Source: a virus (Duplodnaviria; Caudoviricetes). From it: DNA of 64,000 bases. Shown in pieces: positions 28,612-38,890 of the stretch (positions are counted from its first letter, which is position 1; the number at the start of each line of letters is the position of its first letter). A model generated the notes under the pieces. It saw only the letters and a list, made by a program, of their open reading frames with translations. It was not told where the DNA came from and did not search any database. Location of the stretch: IMG/VR virus record IMGVR_UViG_3300037067_021792; one strand, written 5' to 3'. Made by a program: the position numbers and the translations under genes.

Positions 28612-30705
28612 TTGAACGCACTGATTACTGGAATTACTGGATTTGTAGGCAGCCATTTGTCTGAATATTTATTGTCTTTGGGTGATATGCAAATTCATGG
28701 CTTAGCTCGATGGCGGTCTCCAAAAGACAACATAAAACATATTGAGAATGAAATTCATTTACACTATGGCGATCTGACAGATTATCCGTCAATATTTGGT
28801 ATTATAAATGATGTCAAACCAGATTTCGTTTTTCATCTGGCTGCGCAGTCGGTGGCAGAAGATGAATTTATTCCAATTTTAAAATCAAAAAGCATGGAAT
28901 TAATCACCTTTGGCGAACTTTGGAAAACGTGCTCAAAAAGAAATAATATTAAATCTACTGTTCATAATGGAATCGAAACAGAAATAATAAATATAAAAAA
29001 CTCACAGATACGGGCTATAAGCTTTTTTTCTGGGATGGGAAATTGGTTACCAATCCAACAGATTACACGACATAAATATAATGGTGACATTGTTGAATTA
29101 AAGCAAAAATTTGGATCAATAAAAGTTACCCCCAATCATTGTGTAATAGATAAATATGGGCAATTGGCGTCTCCGATGGATAATCCAGAACTCCTGCCTA
29201 TGAGAAAGATTAATTATTATAATAAAAATGAGATAACGGAAGTACGGATCAAAACTACACGAAAGTATAAAAAATACAAAGATTGCTTTTTTATTCCAAA
29301 TATTCCCAACAAAAGAATTCCAGTTGTCTTGTCGGGAGAAAAACTTGATAGTTTTACAAGATTTTGTGCCGCTTACATATCGGAGGGATGTGCGCACTCA
29401 AGGGTAAAAAGAAAAAATTTTACAGTTACAATTAGTAATCAAAATAAGGAATGGCTAGCAGAAAGAAACAAAGAATTGCAGCATTTCAGCGAAGGCATAA
29501 CTGGTAGATATAGTACTGGTAAAAAGTCTGGTTATAAAGATGTTTTTAGTTTAACAATTACATCGGAATTACTTTATGATATAATAACAAAATATTGTGG
29601 AAGACTAAGCGAATTCAAACAAATTCCGAATTTTATTTTCCGTCTGCCGAAAGAGAAACAGCTTGATTTTCTAAGAGTTTTGGCTGAAGGTGACGGTTGC
29701 TACGAGGAAAGACAACGTTATGATATTTTAAGATATACTACGTCATCTAGAAAACTTGCTGCGCAATTGTGTTTACTATTAACCCTTATTGGAAAAGATT
29801 ATACAATATATGAGAATGGAGCGTTTTTTATTCGTGAGTGTGGTTTTTATCAGCCACGGCAAGGAGTAACCAAAAGAACAATTACCACTATGCCATACGA
29901 AGGTTATGTATATGATATTTCAATCGGAGGCCCAGAGATTTTCGCAGCAGGTGTAGGAAATCTTATAATTCATAACTCTTATGTTCCATACAGTTTCCAG
30001 GCTCCTGTTACAACTTTAGATGTTAACTGTCAGGGCACATGCAACTTATTAGAAGCTATTAAATTATCCAGAGTAAACGGAATAGATCCAATCATACTTG
30101 TATGCTCATCCTCAGAGGTGTATGGTCAGGTTCTTCCCGATGAAGTGCCTATCAATGAAAGCTGTCAGCTCAGGCCGGCCTCTCCGTATGCTGTTTCAAA
30201 AGTATGTGAGGATATGTTAGGATTTCAATATTATTTATCATGGGGATTGAAAGTTATACGAAGCCGTATGTTTACTCATTGTGGCCCAAGAAGAGGTGAT
30301 GTTTTTGTCGGATCTAATTTTGCCAAACAAATTGCCCAAATAGAGAAAGGCAAGCAAGAACCAGTAATTAAAGTTGGTAACCTTGACAGCATCAGGACCT
30401 TTGCTGATGTTCGAGATGTTGTAAAAGCATATTGGTTAATGGTAAATAAATGTTCAATAGGCGAAGTGTATAATATCGGCGGGAATGAAACAATGTCTAT
30501 AAAAGAAATGCTCAATCGGTTAATGAGCTTTTCTACACGAGGTGATATTAAGATAGAAGTAGACGCATCTAGATTGAGACCTTCAGATGTAACTCTTCAG
30601 ATACCAGATTGTTCCAAATTTAAAAAGGAAACTGGATGGCAACCAGAAATTAGTATTGACCAGATGTTAAACGACATGTTAAATTATTGGAGATTACGAG
30701 TATGA
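28612..30705 (+). CDS. gmd: GDP-mannose 4,6-dehydratase containing an intein
   Basis: LITGITGFVGS, GDLTD, FHLAAQ|SYVPYSF after splicing, SSSEVYG, PASPYAVSK, GNLDSIR, RPSDV; extein 321 aa. Confidence 0.92.
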   Translation: MNALITGITGFVGSHLSEYLLSLGDMQIHGLARWRSPKDNIKHIENEIHLHYGDLTDYPSIFGIINDVKPDFVFHLAAQSVAEDEFIPILKSKSMELITFGELWKTCSKRNNIKSTVHNGIETEIINIKNSQIRAISFFSGMGNWLPIQQITRHKYNGDIVELKQKFGSIKVTPNHCVIDKYGQLASPMDNPELLPMRKINYYNKNEITEVRIKTTRKYKKYKDCFFIPNIPNKRIPVVLSGEKLDSFTRFCAAYISEGCAHSRVKRKNFTVTISNQNKEWLAERNKELQHFSEGITGRYSTGKKSGYKDVFSLTITSELLYDIITKYCGRLSEFKQIPNFIFRLPKEKQLDFLRVLAEGDGCYEERQRYDILRYTTSSRKLAAQLCLLLTLIGKDYTIYENGAFFIRECGFYQPRQGVTKRTITTMPYEGYVYDISIGGPEIFAAGVGNLIIHNSYVPYSFQAPVTTLDVNCQGTCNLLEAIKLSRVNGIDPIILVCSSSEVYGQVLPDEVPINESCQLRPASPYAVSKVCEDMLGFQYYLSWGLKVIRSRMFTHCGPRRGDVFVGSNFAKQIAQIEKGKQEPVIKVGNLDSIRTFADVRDVVKAYWLMVNKCSIGEVYNIGGNETMSIKEMLNRLMSFSTRGDIKIEVDASRLRPSDVTLQIPDCSKFKKETGWQPEISIDQMLNDMLNYWRLRV
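28849..29976 (+). mobile_element. intein with LAGLIDADG homing endonuclease (376 aa)
   Basis: Starts SVAEDE, block B VTPNHCV, FCAAYISEG and FLRVLAEGDG, YVYDISI, ends IIHN followed by +1 Ser. Confidence 0.92.
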
Positions 30706-31607
30706 TATTAGTTACGGGCGGAAAAGGTATGGCAGGAAAGTCTTTGCAAAAGTTCCTGCCTGATGCAATTGATGCAATATACACCAGCAGAGAAGATTAT
30801 GATTTAATGGATTATGATCAAGTTGAAAATATGTTTAAAAAATTTAATCCTAAAACAGTTATTCATCTTGCGGGAAAGGTTGGGGGAATTCCAGACCAAT
30901 TACAGCATCCCTATGACTTTTTCTATCAGAACATTATAATTAATAGTAATATCATTAATGCCTGTTTTAAATTTAAAATTGAATATCTAGTTGCAATGTC
31001 AAGTGTTTGTGTGTATTCTCCTGAGATAAATAACTTTCCGATATCTGAGGAATTATCCCAATATGGAGAACCAGATAAGAGTATCTATGGATATGCATAT
31101 GCAAAGCGAATGATGCCAATTCAGCTTAAATGCTTAGATAAGCAATTCAACAGTCCGATGAAATACACTGTGATTCATTCCAGTAATTTGTATGGTCCAT
31201 ACGATTGTTTTGAGACAAACAAATCACATGTTGTAGCTGCACTAATGCGAAGATTCCACGAGAATATTAATTCTCCGGCTGTGGAATTGCTGGGCACGGG
31301 TAAAGCATTGCGACAAATGACTTTTGTTGACGATTTATCAAAATTTATAATGTTCTGCCTGAAGAATAAACCAACCGGGGAAATAAATTTTGCACCGCCT
31401 GAGAATCTTTCTATTAAGCAAATTGCTGCTGTAATTTCTTCAAAAATTGGATTTTCTGGAAAGATTTTATTTAAAGGCGGTTCAGATGGAGTGCTGCGAA
31501 GGGACGTATCTATTGAAAAAGTAGAAAAATTAGGTTTCCATGATTTTACTTCCTTTGAATATGGCATCCAAAAAACCTATGAATGGTTCAAGGATAATCA
31601 ATGTTGA
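30702..31607 (+). CDS. fcl: GDP-L-fucose synthase-like epimerase/reductase
   Basis: VTGGKGMAG, IHLAGKVGGI, SSVCVY, YAYAK, NLYGP.D.F, SHVVAAL. Confidence 0.85.
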   Translation: MILVTGGKGMAGKSLQKFLPDAIDAIYTSREDYDLMDYDQVENMFKKFNPKTVIHLAGKVGGIPDQLQHPYDFFYQNIIINSNIINACFKFKIEYLVAMSSVCVYSPEINNFPISEELSQYGEPDKSIYGYAYAKRMMPIQLKCLDKQFNSPMKYTVIHSSNLYGPYDCFETNKSHVVAALMRRFHENINSPAVELLGTGKALRQMTFVDDLSKFIMFCLKNKPTGEINFAPPENLSIKQIAAVISSKIGFSGKILFKGGSDGVLRRDVSIEKVEKLGFHDFTSFEYGIQKTYEWFKDNQC

Positions 31608-32536
31608 TAGAAAAATTATATCATGATATTTATCTGATTAGGGCCTGCGAAAAGGCCATAAAGACTTATTACAAAGAAAATGAAATGAAAACCCCCATGC
31701 ACATGTCAGAGGGAGAAGAGGCAATTGTGGTTGGAATTTGTTCAGCTTTATTTCCATCGGATCAAGTATTTGGTACTTACAGAAGTCATGCTTTGTATCT
31801 ATCTAAGACAGGAGATGTTCACTCATTTTTTGGAGAACTATATGGAAAATCGACCGGGCTAGCAAGGGGCAAAGCGGGGTCGATGCATTTATCTGATCCT
31901 GATCATGGATATATGATTTCCTCCGCTATCGTAGCAAGCACTATTCCGGTGGCAGTAGGAAGCGCTTTTTCGAATAAAATTCTAAAAAATAATAAAACAA
32001 CAGTTGTCTTTTTCGGAGATGGAGCAACAAATGAAGGTGATTTTTGGGAAAGTTTGAACATGGCTTGTCTCTGGAAAATTCCAATCATTTTTGTATGTGA
32101 AGATAATGGTTTTGCGGTTCATACTCCTCAGTCTCATAGAAATGGATATGATAACTTAGATAAAATAGTAGAAAAATTTAATTGTAAGGTTTTTAGCACA
32201 AATTCAACAGATGCTTTGGAGATATATGAAATAGCTCAAAAATGCATTAATATATCTAAAAATCAGCCAGTTTTTCTAAGAGCGAAATATTACCGATACC
32301 TAGAACATGTCGGTGTTAATTATGATTACAATGATGGGTATCGCGATAGATCAGAACTTGATAACTGGCTAGCAAGAGACCCGGCGCTTATTTTGCGGTC
32401 TAGGTTATCCGAAGAAAGAGCTAATGAAATCGAAAGTGAAATAGATGATATAGTGGAGAAAAGTATTCAGTTGGCCAAAGGGGCAGATTTTGCTACGTTT
32501 GATGAGTTAAAAAATAATGTTTTGCGAGAGATGTAG
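31601..32536 (+). CDS. ThDP-dependent dehydrogenase E1 alpha-like subunit
   Basis: HMSEGEEA, YRSH, GKAGSMH, FFGDGATNEG...EDN. Confidence 0.9.
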   Translation: MLIEKLYHDIYLIRACEKAIKTYYKENEMKTPMHMSEGEEAIVVGICSALFPSDQVFGTYRSHALYLSKTGDVHSFFGELYGKSTGLARGKAGSMHLSDPDHGYMISSAIVASTIPVAVGSAFSNKILKNNKTTVVFFGDGATNEGDFWESLNMACLWKIPIIFVCEDNGFAVHTPQSHRNGYDNLDKIVEKFNCKVFSTNSTDALEIYEIAQKCINISKNQPVFLRAKYYRYLEHVGVNYDYNDGYRDRSELDNWLARDPALILRSRLSEERANEIESEIDDIVEKSIQLAKGADFATFDELKNNVLREM

Positions 32537-33577
32537 ATGGACAGAAGAATAACCTATCGAGAAGCCATAAATGAAGCTATTTTCTCTGAAATGGAAATAG
32601 ATCCTACAGTTTTTGTGTATGGCATAGGGGTGCCAGATCATAAAAAAATATTCGGTAGTGTAAAAGGGATAGACTCATTTGGATCTGATAGATTCTTTGA
32701 CGTTCCTCTGTCAGAAAGCGCCCTAATGGGGTTCGGAACAGGCTCCGCTATTAACGGACTCAAGCCTATATATATTCATATGCGAGTAGACTTTTTGCTT
32801 TTGGCAATGAATCAACTTGTGAATATGTCATCAATAGCACATTATTGCTCCGGCGGAAAACTAAATGTTCCTATGGTTATAAGAGCTATTATTGGGAGAG
32901 GGTGGGGGCAAGGCTGTCAGCATAGTAAGACATTGCAATCCATGTTTTCCCACATTCCCGGAATAAAAGTTGTTTTGCCTGTTACCCCGTATGAATCGAA
33001 GGGCATGTTAATTTCTGCTATTCGGGACCCAAATCCTGTAATAGTATTAGAGCATAGATGGCTATATGATACAAATGGAGAAGTTCCAGAGGAAAGCTAC
33101 ACGGTATCGCTAGAAAAACCCAGATTGATGAGAAACGGTAATGATATAACAATTGTAGCAACTTCATGGATGAATGTAGAAGCTATTCATGCGGCTTCTA
33201 TATTAGAAAAATACAATATTAGTGTAGAAATAATCAACGCATGTGTTGCGTCCGAGTTTGACGACAGTTTGATTATTGATTCTATTAAAAAAACCGGTAG
33301 ATGCATTGTTATTGATGACGATTGGGTCCATTGTGGATTTAGTGCAGAACTATCTAGCAGAATAAATGAAAAGGCATTCTATTATTTAAAATCTCCGGTA
33401 TATCGCATTGGTTTTACTCACACGCCATGCCCGTGTGCTAGGAATTTGGAAAATAAATTTTATCCTAATGCTGCTTCAATTATTGGAGCATTTGAAAAAA
33501 TCTTTAATCTTAATCCGATAGACTTGTCCGGCGAGGTATTCTCATCCTATGAAAACAAATTTTTAGGGCCATTCTAA
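32537..33577 (+). CDS. ThDP-dependent dehydrogenase E1 beta-like subunit
   Basis: ITYREAINEA, DVPLSES, GQGCQHS, IPGIKVV, DPNPVIVLEH. Confidence 0.9.
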   Translation: MDRRITYREAINEAIFSEMEIDPTVFVYGIGVPDHKKIFGSVKGIDSFGSDRFFDVPLSESALMGFGTGSAINGLKPIYIHMRVDFLLLAMNQLVNMSSIAHYCSGGKLNVPMVIRAIIGRGWGQGCQHSKTLQSMFSHIPGIKVVLPVTPYESKGMLISAIRDPNPVIVLEHRWLYDTNGEVPEESYTVSLEKPRLMRNGNDITIVATSWMNVEAIHAASILEKYNISVEIINACVASEFDDSLIIDSIKKTGRCIVIDDDWVHCGFSAELSSRINEKAFYYLKSPVYRIGFTHTPCPCARNLENKFYPNAASIIGAFEKIFNLNPIDLSGEVFSSYENKFLGPF

Positions 33578-35238
33578 TGCAAAGAGTATCTGATTATATT
33601 GCTCAATTTTTAGTTAAAAATGGAATTAGTGATGTTTTTATGCTCACAGGATATGGGGCAATGTATATGAATGATGCTATTGAGATTGCTGGTATTAAAC
33701 ACTTTGCATGTAGAAATGAGGCTGCGGCTCCAATGATGGCAGAATCATATGCTCGCGTTAAGCAGTCTCTTGGGGTTGTTTGTGTTACCGCTGGGCCGGG
33801 ATCGACGAACGCAATCCCTGGGCTAGCCGAGGCGTGGGTAGACTCTGCCCCTATACTGGTGTTGTCCGGGCAAGTGGAAAGGCAACATACAACGCGCGCA
33901 GCCCATCTTCCTAAGTTCAGAACATTTGGAACCGCAGAGATAGACATAGTTCCCGTCGTCGAATCTTTAACTAAATTTTCTATAGAGGTAGATGATCCTT
34001 CAAAAATCCGATATTACCTTGAAAAATCTCTTTATTATGCTATCTCTGGTCGCCCTGGGCCCGTCTGGATGAGTATACCAATTGATGTTCAGAGCGCTAT
34101 GATTGATGAGAATTTATTGGAGGGATTCATTCCCAGTGTCGAAGAAACACCCATTCCCAATGACATTTATTCTGTAATTCAAATGTTATTGAACGCAAAA
34201 AGGCCCGTTATTATTTGCGGGAATGGAGTGAGACAGTCTTCTACTATACTTCAAGTTAAAGAATTGATAAATACATTGAAACTCCCCGTAGTCTTGTCAA
34301 GACTTGGTCAGGATATTTTCCCCCATTCTTCTCAGTATATAATGGGGCATGGTGGTGTTAAGGGGTCCACATCCTGCAAAAAAATAATGCAAGAAGCCGA
34401 TTTTGTATTGTCTCTTGGATGTAGGTTGGCAATCCAGTTTGTCGGCATGAAGCTTCAGCACTTCTCTCCAGATTGTAAGATTGTAATGGTTGATATTGAT
34501 GAGAATGAAACGAAGAAGCCTGGAGTGAAACTATCTGCTGCTATAAATTTAGATTTAAAGGAGTTTGTTCCGGAAATTATATCTCGTTTAAATGTTGGCT
34601 TACCAGATTGGTCTCATTGGGTGGAGCATTGCCAACATCTGAAGGAGCAATTTTTCTTTCCTACACGAGAAGGCAATCCCATTGATTTATACTATTTTAT
34701 GTCAAGATTAAATTTTCTTTCTGGCAAGAGACATATATTCACGACTGACGCTGGGTCAAATTATTACGTAGGTGGTCAAGTATTTACTTTTGATAAAGAA
34801 CAAAGGGAGATAACGTCGGGGGCATTTGCTGCAATGGGAACTAGCATTCCTTTGGCGATTGGTGCTGCTGTGGCAGACCCATCAAAGCAAATACTCGCGA
34901 TAACCGGAGATGGGTCCCTTGAGTTAAACATACAAGAGTTAAAAACTATTTCACATTATGGGTTTAACATTAAATTGTTTGTAATTAATAATGGTGGATA
35001 TGTTTCAATGAAAAAGTGGCAAGATACATATTTTGATGGTCGCAGGATAGACGACGCTGAGAAAACCGGTGTTGGAACTTTGAATCTAAAGAAAGTTGCA
35101 GAAGCCTTTGATATGGATTATGCCTTGATTAACGATTTCTCTATGGTGGATGATAGTATAATATCTTTGTTGTCTAATGATAAGCCCGTTTTTGTGGAAG
35201 TAATTACTGACAATCATCAAAAAATAATTGATGCATGA
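33577..35238 (+). CDS. acetolactate-synthase-like ThDP enzyme (YerE-like)
   Basis: RNEAAA, TAGPGSTN, SGRPGPVW, GDGSLELNIQEL...NNGGY. Confidence 0.9.
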   Translation: MQRVSDYIAQFLVKNGISDVFMLTGYGAMYMNDAIEIAGIKHFACRNEAAAPMMAESYARVKQSLGVVCVTAGPGSTNAIPGLAEAWVDSAPILVLSGQVERQHTTRAAHLPKFRTFGTAEIDIVPVVESLTKFSIEVDDPSKIRYYLEKSLYYAISGRPGPVWMSIPIDVQSAMIDENLLEGFIPSVEETPIPNDIYSVIQMLLNAKRPVIICGNGVRQSSTILQVKELINTLKLPVVLSRLGQDIFPHSSQYIMGHGGVKGSTSCKKIMQEADFVLSLGCRLAIQFVGMKLQHFSPDCKIVMVDIDENETKKPGVKLSAAINLDLKEFVPEIISRLNVGLPDWSHWVEHCQHLKEQFFFPTREGNPIDLYYFMSRLNFLSGKRHIFTTDAGSNYYVGGQVFTFDKEQREITSGAFAAMGTSIPLAIGAAVADPSKQILAITGDGSLELNIQELKTISHYGFNIKLFVINNGGYVSMKKWQDTYFDGRRIDDAEKTGVGTLNLKKVAEAFDMDYALINDFSMVDDSIISLLSNDKPVFVEVITDNHQKIIDA

Positions 35239-36050
35239 ATGGTGAAAAAGTGTTTGATCTGATAGAAAAAGCTAAAAATATAAGGTTGTGGGCAATCGAG
35301 GAAACTGCCTCAAAGGGAAAGGGTCATATTGGAGGGACTTTCTCGTGTGTTGATATTCTGGTATCTTTATACTACAGTGTTTTAAACATTAAACCGAAAC
35401 ACCCTGAATGGGATGGACGGGATCGCTTTATTCTCAGCAAAGGGCATGCGTGTCTTGCGCTTTATCCAATTTTAATGGATTTGGGATTTATTAATAATGA
35501 AACATTTCGATCTTATGGAGAGAATGGTGGACTTGGTGGTCAGTTGGACATAAGTATTCCTGGGGTCGATTGGAATACTGGTTCACTGGGCCACTCATTG
35601 GGCATTGCGTCAGGGATGGCCATGGCCTCCAAATTGGATAATAAAAATTACCATGTTTTTTCGGTTGTTGGAGATGGGGAATGTGCAGAGGGGTCTATAT
35701 GGGAATCAATAATGTTTATTGGACAGCGAAATATTTCTAATATCACATGTATTGTAGATCGTAATAGACTTTCGGTGACAGAAACATTAGACGATGATTC
35801 CTTTTTCAAAAATCTTTCTATAGTCCTTCCGTCCTTTGGTTGGGGGTTTGTTGAAATCAATGGGCATAATATAGAAGAGATAACAATCGCCTTAAATAGT
35901 TCCAAGTGGTCTAAAACACCAACATTTATTGTTGCTAACACAATCAAAGGCAAGGGAATATCATTTATGGAAAATGTTGCCAAATGGCATAATTCCGTCC
36001 CCAACAAAGATGAGCTAGAAGCAGCAAAGGCGGAAATAAATGCCAACTGA
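35235..36050 (+). CDS. split transketolase, N-terminal subunit
   Basis: GHIGG..S, RDRFILSKGH, TGSLGH, GDGECAEG, TIKGKG. Confidence 0.92.
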   Translation: MNGEKVFDLIEKAKNIRLWAIEETASKGKGHIGGTFSCVDILVSLYYSVLNIKPKHPEWDGRDRFILSKGHACLALYPILMDLGFINNETFRSYGENGGLGGQLDISIPGVDWNTGSLGHSLGIASGMAMASKLDNKNYHVFSVVGDGECAEGSIWESIMFIGQRNISNITCIVDRNRLSVTETLDDDSFFKNLSIVLPSFGWGFVEINGHNIEEITIALNSSKWSKTPTFIVANTIKGKGISFMENVAKWHNSVPNKDELEAAKAEINAN

Positions 36051-36969
36051 TATTAGAGACGCATTTTTTGATAAAATATGTGAATATGCCATTGCAGATG
36101 AACGTGTTATTATTATCACCGATGATATGGATATATTTAGCCTGAGGAATTTTAAGAAAACATGTCCCCATCGGTTTATAAATCCCGGAGTTGCAGAACA
36201 ACAAATTGTAAATTTTGCTGCTGGATTGGCATCAACAGGGAAGAAAGTAATTATTTGTGGAATTGCGTCTTTTGTGACATTTAGATGTTATGAGCAAATA
36301 AAAGTCAATATCTGTAGCATGAATCTTCCGATTGTTATTGTAGGCATGGGTGCGGGATTGTCGTTTTCTGCCGATGGGCCAACACACCATAGTATACAAG
36401 ATGTGTCTGTTATGCGGTCATTGCCAGAAATCGAAATTTATAATCCCTGCGACTCATTATCCGCACAAAAATGTGCAGAAATATCATACTTCTCAAAATC
36501 ACCTGTTTATGTTAGAATGGATAAAGGGGCTTTTCCTGATATTTATGAAAATCTAGCATTAGAGCATGGATATTGTAATATAATTACACCAGATAAGACC
36601 AATGTTATTTCAACTGGATGTATTACACATGTTGTTCATGATGTGATAAGGGAATTAAATATTAACGTAGGTTTAATAGATGTTTTTAAACTAAAACCTT
36701 TTGATGATAGGATCATTAATGAAATATCTCATTCTAATAGCATCATCACAATAGAGGAACATACAATAACAGGTGGCTTACATTCTATTGTTCTGGAATC
36801 TTCTAGCCGTCTTGATTGTAACATTCAGGTTAAACCTATTGCTCTCGAAGATGGACAATATATTCAATACGGAACCAGGGAGTTTCTACAAGATCAACAC
36901 GGTCTTTCTAGAAAAACAATAACAAAAGCTTTACTCAAAGAGGAACAATGTCAAAGAAAATTGCCATAG
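36040..36969 (+). CDS. split transketolase, C-terminal subunit
   Basis: INPGVAEQ, RCYEQIK, DGPTHH, PVYVR, TIEEH...GGL. Confidence 0.92.
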   Translation: MPTDIRDAFFDKICEYAIADERVIIITDDMDIFSLRNFKKTCPHRFINPGVAEQQIVNFAAGLASTGKKVIICGIASFVTFRCYEQIKVNICSMNLPIVIVGMGAGLSFSADGPTHHSIQDVSVMRSLPEIEIYNPCDSLSAQKCAEISYFSKSPVYVRMDKGAFPDIYENLALEHGYCNIITPDKTNVISTGCITHVVHDVIRELNINVGLIDVFKLKPFDDRIINEISHSNSIITIEEHTITGGLHSIVLESSSRLDCNIQVKPIALEDGQYIQYGTREFLQDQHGLSRKTITKALLKEEQCQRKLP

Positions 36970-37979
36970 GAACATCGTTGTTTCAAAACAATTCAGATTG
37001 TGATATAATTCGATATGCCATAGATCTCGGGGTATCCGTGGTTGATACTGCGGAAAATTATGGGATGTCAGAAAAAATTGTTGCCAACGCGATTAGGGAC
37101 ATACGAGATCGGATAGCTATATCTACGAAATTTTCTCCAGAAAACAGTAAGTACAATGATGTTATCAAAGCGGCTCACCGTAGTTTAAAAAATTTACAAA
37201 CAGATAGTATCGATATTTATTATGTACATTGGCCTCGATACGATATAGATTTTTCTGAAACATACAAGGCTCTGTCTGATTTAAAAGAGAGTGGAAAGAT
37301 AAAACAAATAGGGCTGTGCAACGTAAACCGCTACGACTTGTCCTTGTTTTTGGATATTGGCCCAATTGACTGTATACAAATGGAATATAATCTGTTCGAC
37401 AGGTGGGCTTCGCCGGTTTTATTTCACGGATCCATTGCAAATAAATTTTGCTATAGTTCTTTAGACCAGGGGATTATATGCGATTCTAAAAACAAGGAGC
37501 TAAATTGTCTGGCAGAAAAATACAACGTTAGTGTTCCGGCTGTCGTATTGTCATGGGAAATGTCTAAGAACCTGATTCCAATATTTGCATCAAAGAATTC
37601 CGAACATATAAAAGACAACATTTCTTCTCTTAGCGTTACCTTATCTGATACTGATGTGGAATTTCTTGATAGAATTGGAAGTGCTGAGGTAATGGTTAAT
37701 ATCCGAGATATCATTCCGGCTGATGGTGGTCATCGTAACAGGAAAACCTATAAAACGGTAGATGAGGCAATTAAAAATCACCTAAATTACTATCCAAGCC
37801 CAATGGAAATGTCAAAGAGATTGCAAAAATGTAGAGATATTAAACCCATCAAATTATCTAGAAACAACGACGGGTCTTATACACTTATTGAGGGAAGAGT
37901 TAGGTATTGGGCATGGAGATTGGCATTTGGGGATGACTGCACAATTCCATCTTTGATTAGACAAGGAACAATTAGTTGA
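36948..37979 (+). CDS. aldo/keto reductase fused to a C-terminal ParB/Srx-like domain
   Basis: DTAENYG, STK, YVHWP, IGLCN, QMEYNL; C-terminal PIKL...YTLIEGRVRYWA. Confidence 0.8.
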   Translation: MSKKIAIGTSLFQNNSDCDIIRYAIDLGVSVVDTAENYGMSEKIVANAIRDIRDRIAISTKFSPENSKYNDVIKAAHRSLKNLQTDSIDIYYVHWPRYDIDFSETYKALSDLKESGKIKQIGLCNVNRYDLSLFLDIGPIDCIQMEYNLFDRWASPVLFHGSIANKFCYSSLDQGIICDSKNKELNCLAEKYNVSVPAVVLSWEMSKNLIPIFASKNSEHIKDNISSLSVTLSDTDVEFLDRIGSAEVMVNIRDIIPADGGHRNRKTYKTVDEAIKNHLNYYPSPMEMSKRLQKCRDIKPIKLSRNNDGSYTLIEGRVRYWAWRLAFGDDCTIPSLIRQGTIS

Positions 37980-38890
37980 TATTGGAATTAGAAGATATAG
38001 CAGATTCATTTGGCACTAGCATATATGATTTTGATGACGAATTTATATCCCTATACAATTCGCACAATTGGTCATACAATGTTGCCACTGGTGCCGACAG
38101 AGATAAACTAATTATCGAAGTTTTAGAATTTTTAAAACAAGATGTTCAAAAAACTGGAGATAATAATAGAATCACTAGATGGGAAAATGGGTGGAGAGAA
38201 AATTTAGAAGCGTATAAGAGAACTAGAGATGTGAAGAATATTATTCCAAAGTTTATCAGACCCAAACAGCCAATAAGGTTAAAAGGGGAATTTGTATTTA
38301 CTGAGGATCCTAATTTTGAATTGAATTATGTAAGATTAATACAGAAGTGGATTTTCCATAAGTATATGGGCGATTGCACATCTATTCATGAATTTGGTTG
38401 TGGAAGTGGTATTAACATATCTTTTCTTTCTGAAATATTTCCCCAAAAAAAATTATTTGGGTATGATTTTGTGCAATCATCTATTGACATAATCAATATG
38501 CTGTCAGATACGAATCCAAATATTAAAGGATTCATATTTGATATGACACGTCCATCTTCTATTTCTGTGGATGACAATTCCTGTGTTTTTACATTTTGTT
38601 CTATAGAACAATTATCAAACAGTTTTCGAAATTTTATTAATTTTGTATTGGAGAGCAATCCAAAATTATGTGTGCATATCGAGCCAATTGTCGAACTATA
38701 TAATCCAACTAGCATAATAGATTACACTGCAATATGTTTTCATAAACAAAGAGACTATGTGTCTGGATTATTGCCATATCTACAAGATTTATGTCGGAAT
38801 AATAAAATTGAATTGACAAAAGTTCATAGAATGCAATTTGGGAGTCTGAGGTCGGAAGGATATATGCAACTAATTTGGAGACCAAAATGA
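37976..38890 (+). CDS. class I SAM-dependent methyltransferase
   Basis: HEFGCGSG, GYDF, FDM, SIEQL. Confidence 0.8.
   Translation: MILELEDIADSFGTSIYDFDDEFISLYNSHNWSYNVATGADRDKLIIEVLEFLKQDVQKTGDNNRITRWENGWRENLEAYKRTRDVKNIIPKFIRPKQPIRLKGEFVFTEDPNFELNYVRLIQKWIFHKYMGDCTSIHEFGCGSGINISFLSEIFPQKKLFGYDFVQSSIDIINMLSDTNPNIKGFIFDMTRPSSISVDDNSCVFTFCSIEQLSNSFRNFINFVLESNPKLCVHIEPIVELYNPTSIIDYTAICFHKQRDYVSGLLPYLQDLCRNNKIELTKVHRMQFGSLRSEGYMQLIWRPK

Noticed and set aside
31601-33577. Pyruvate dehydrogenase as a central-metabolism auxiliary gene
   Set aside because: No E2/E3 in the window and it is embedded among NDP-sugar enzymes, favouring a sugar-branching role
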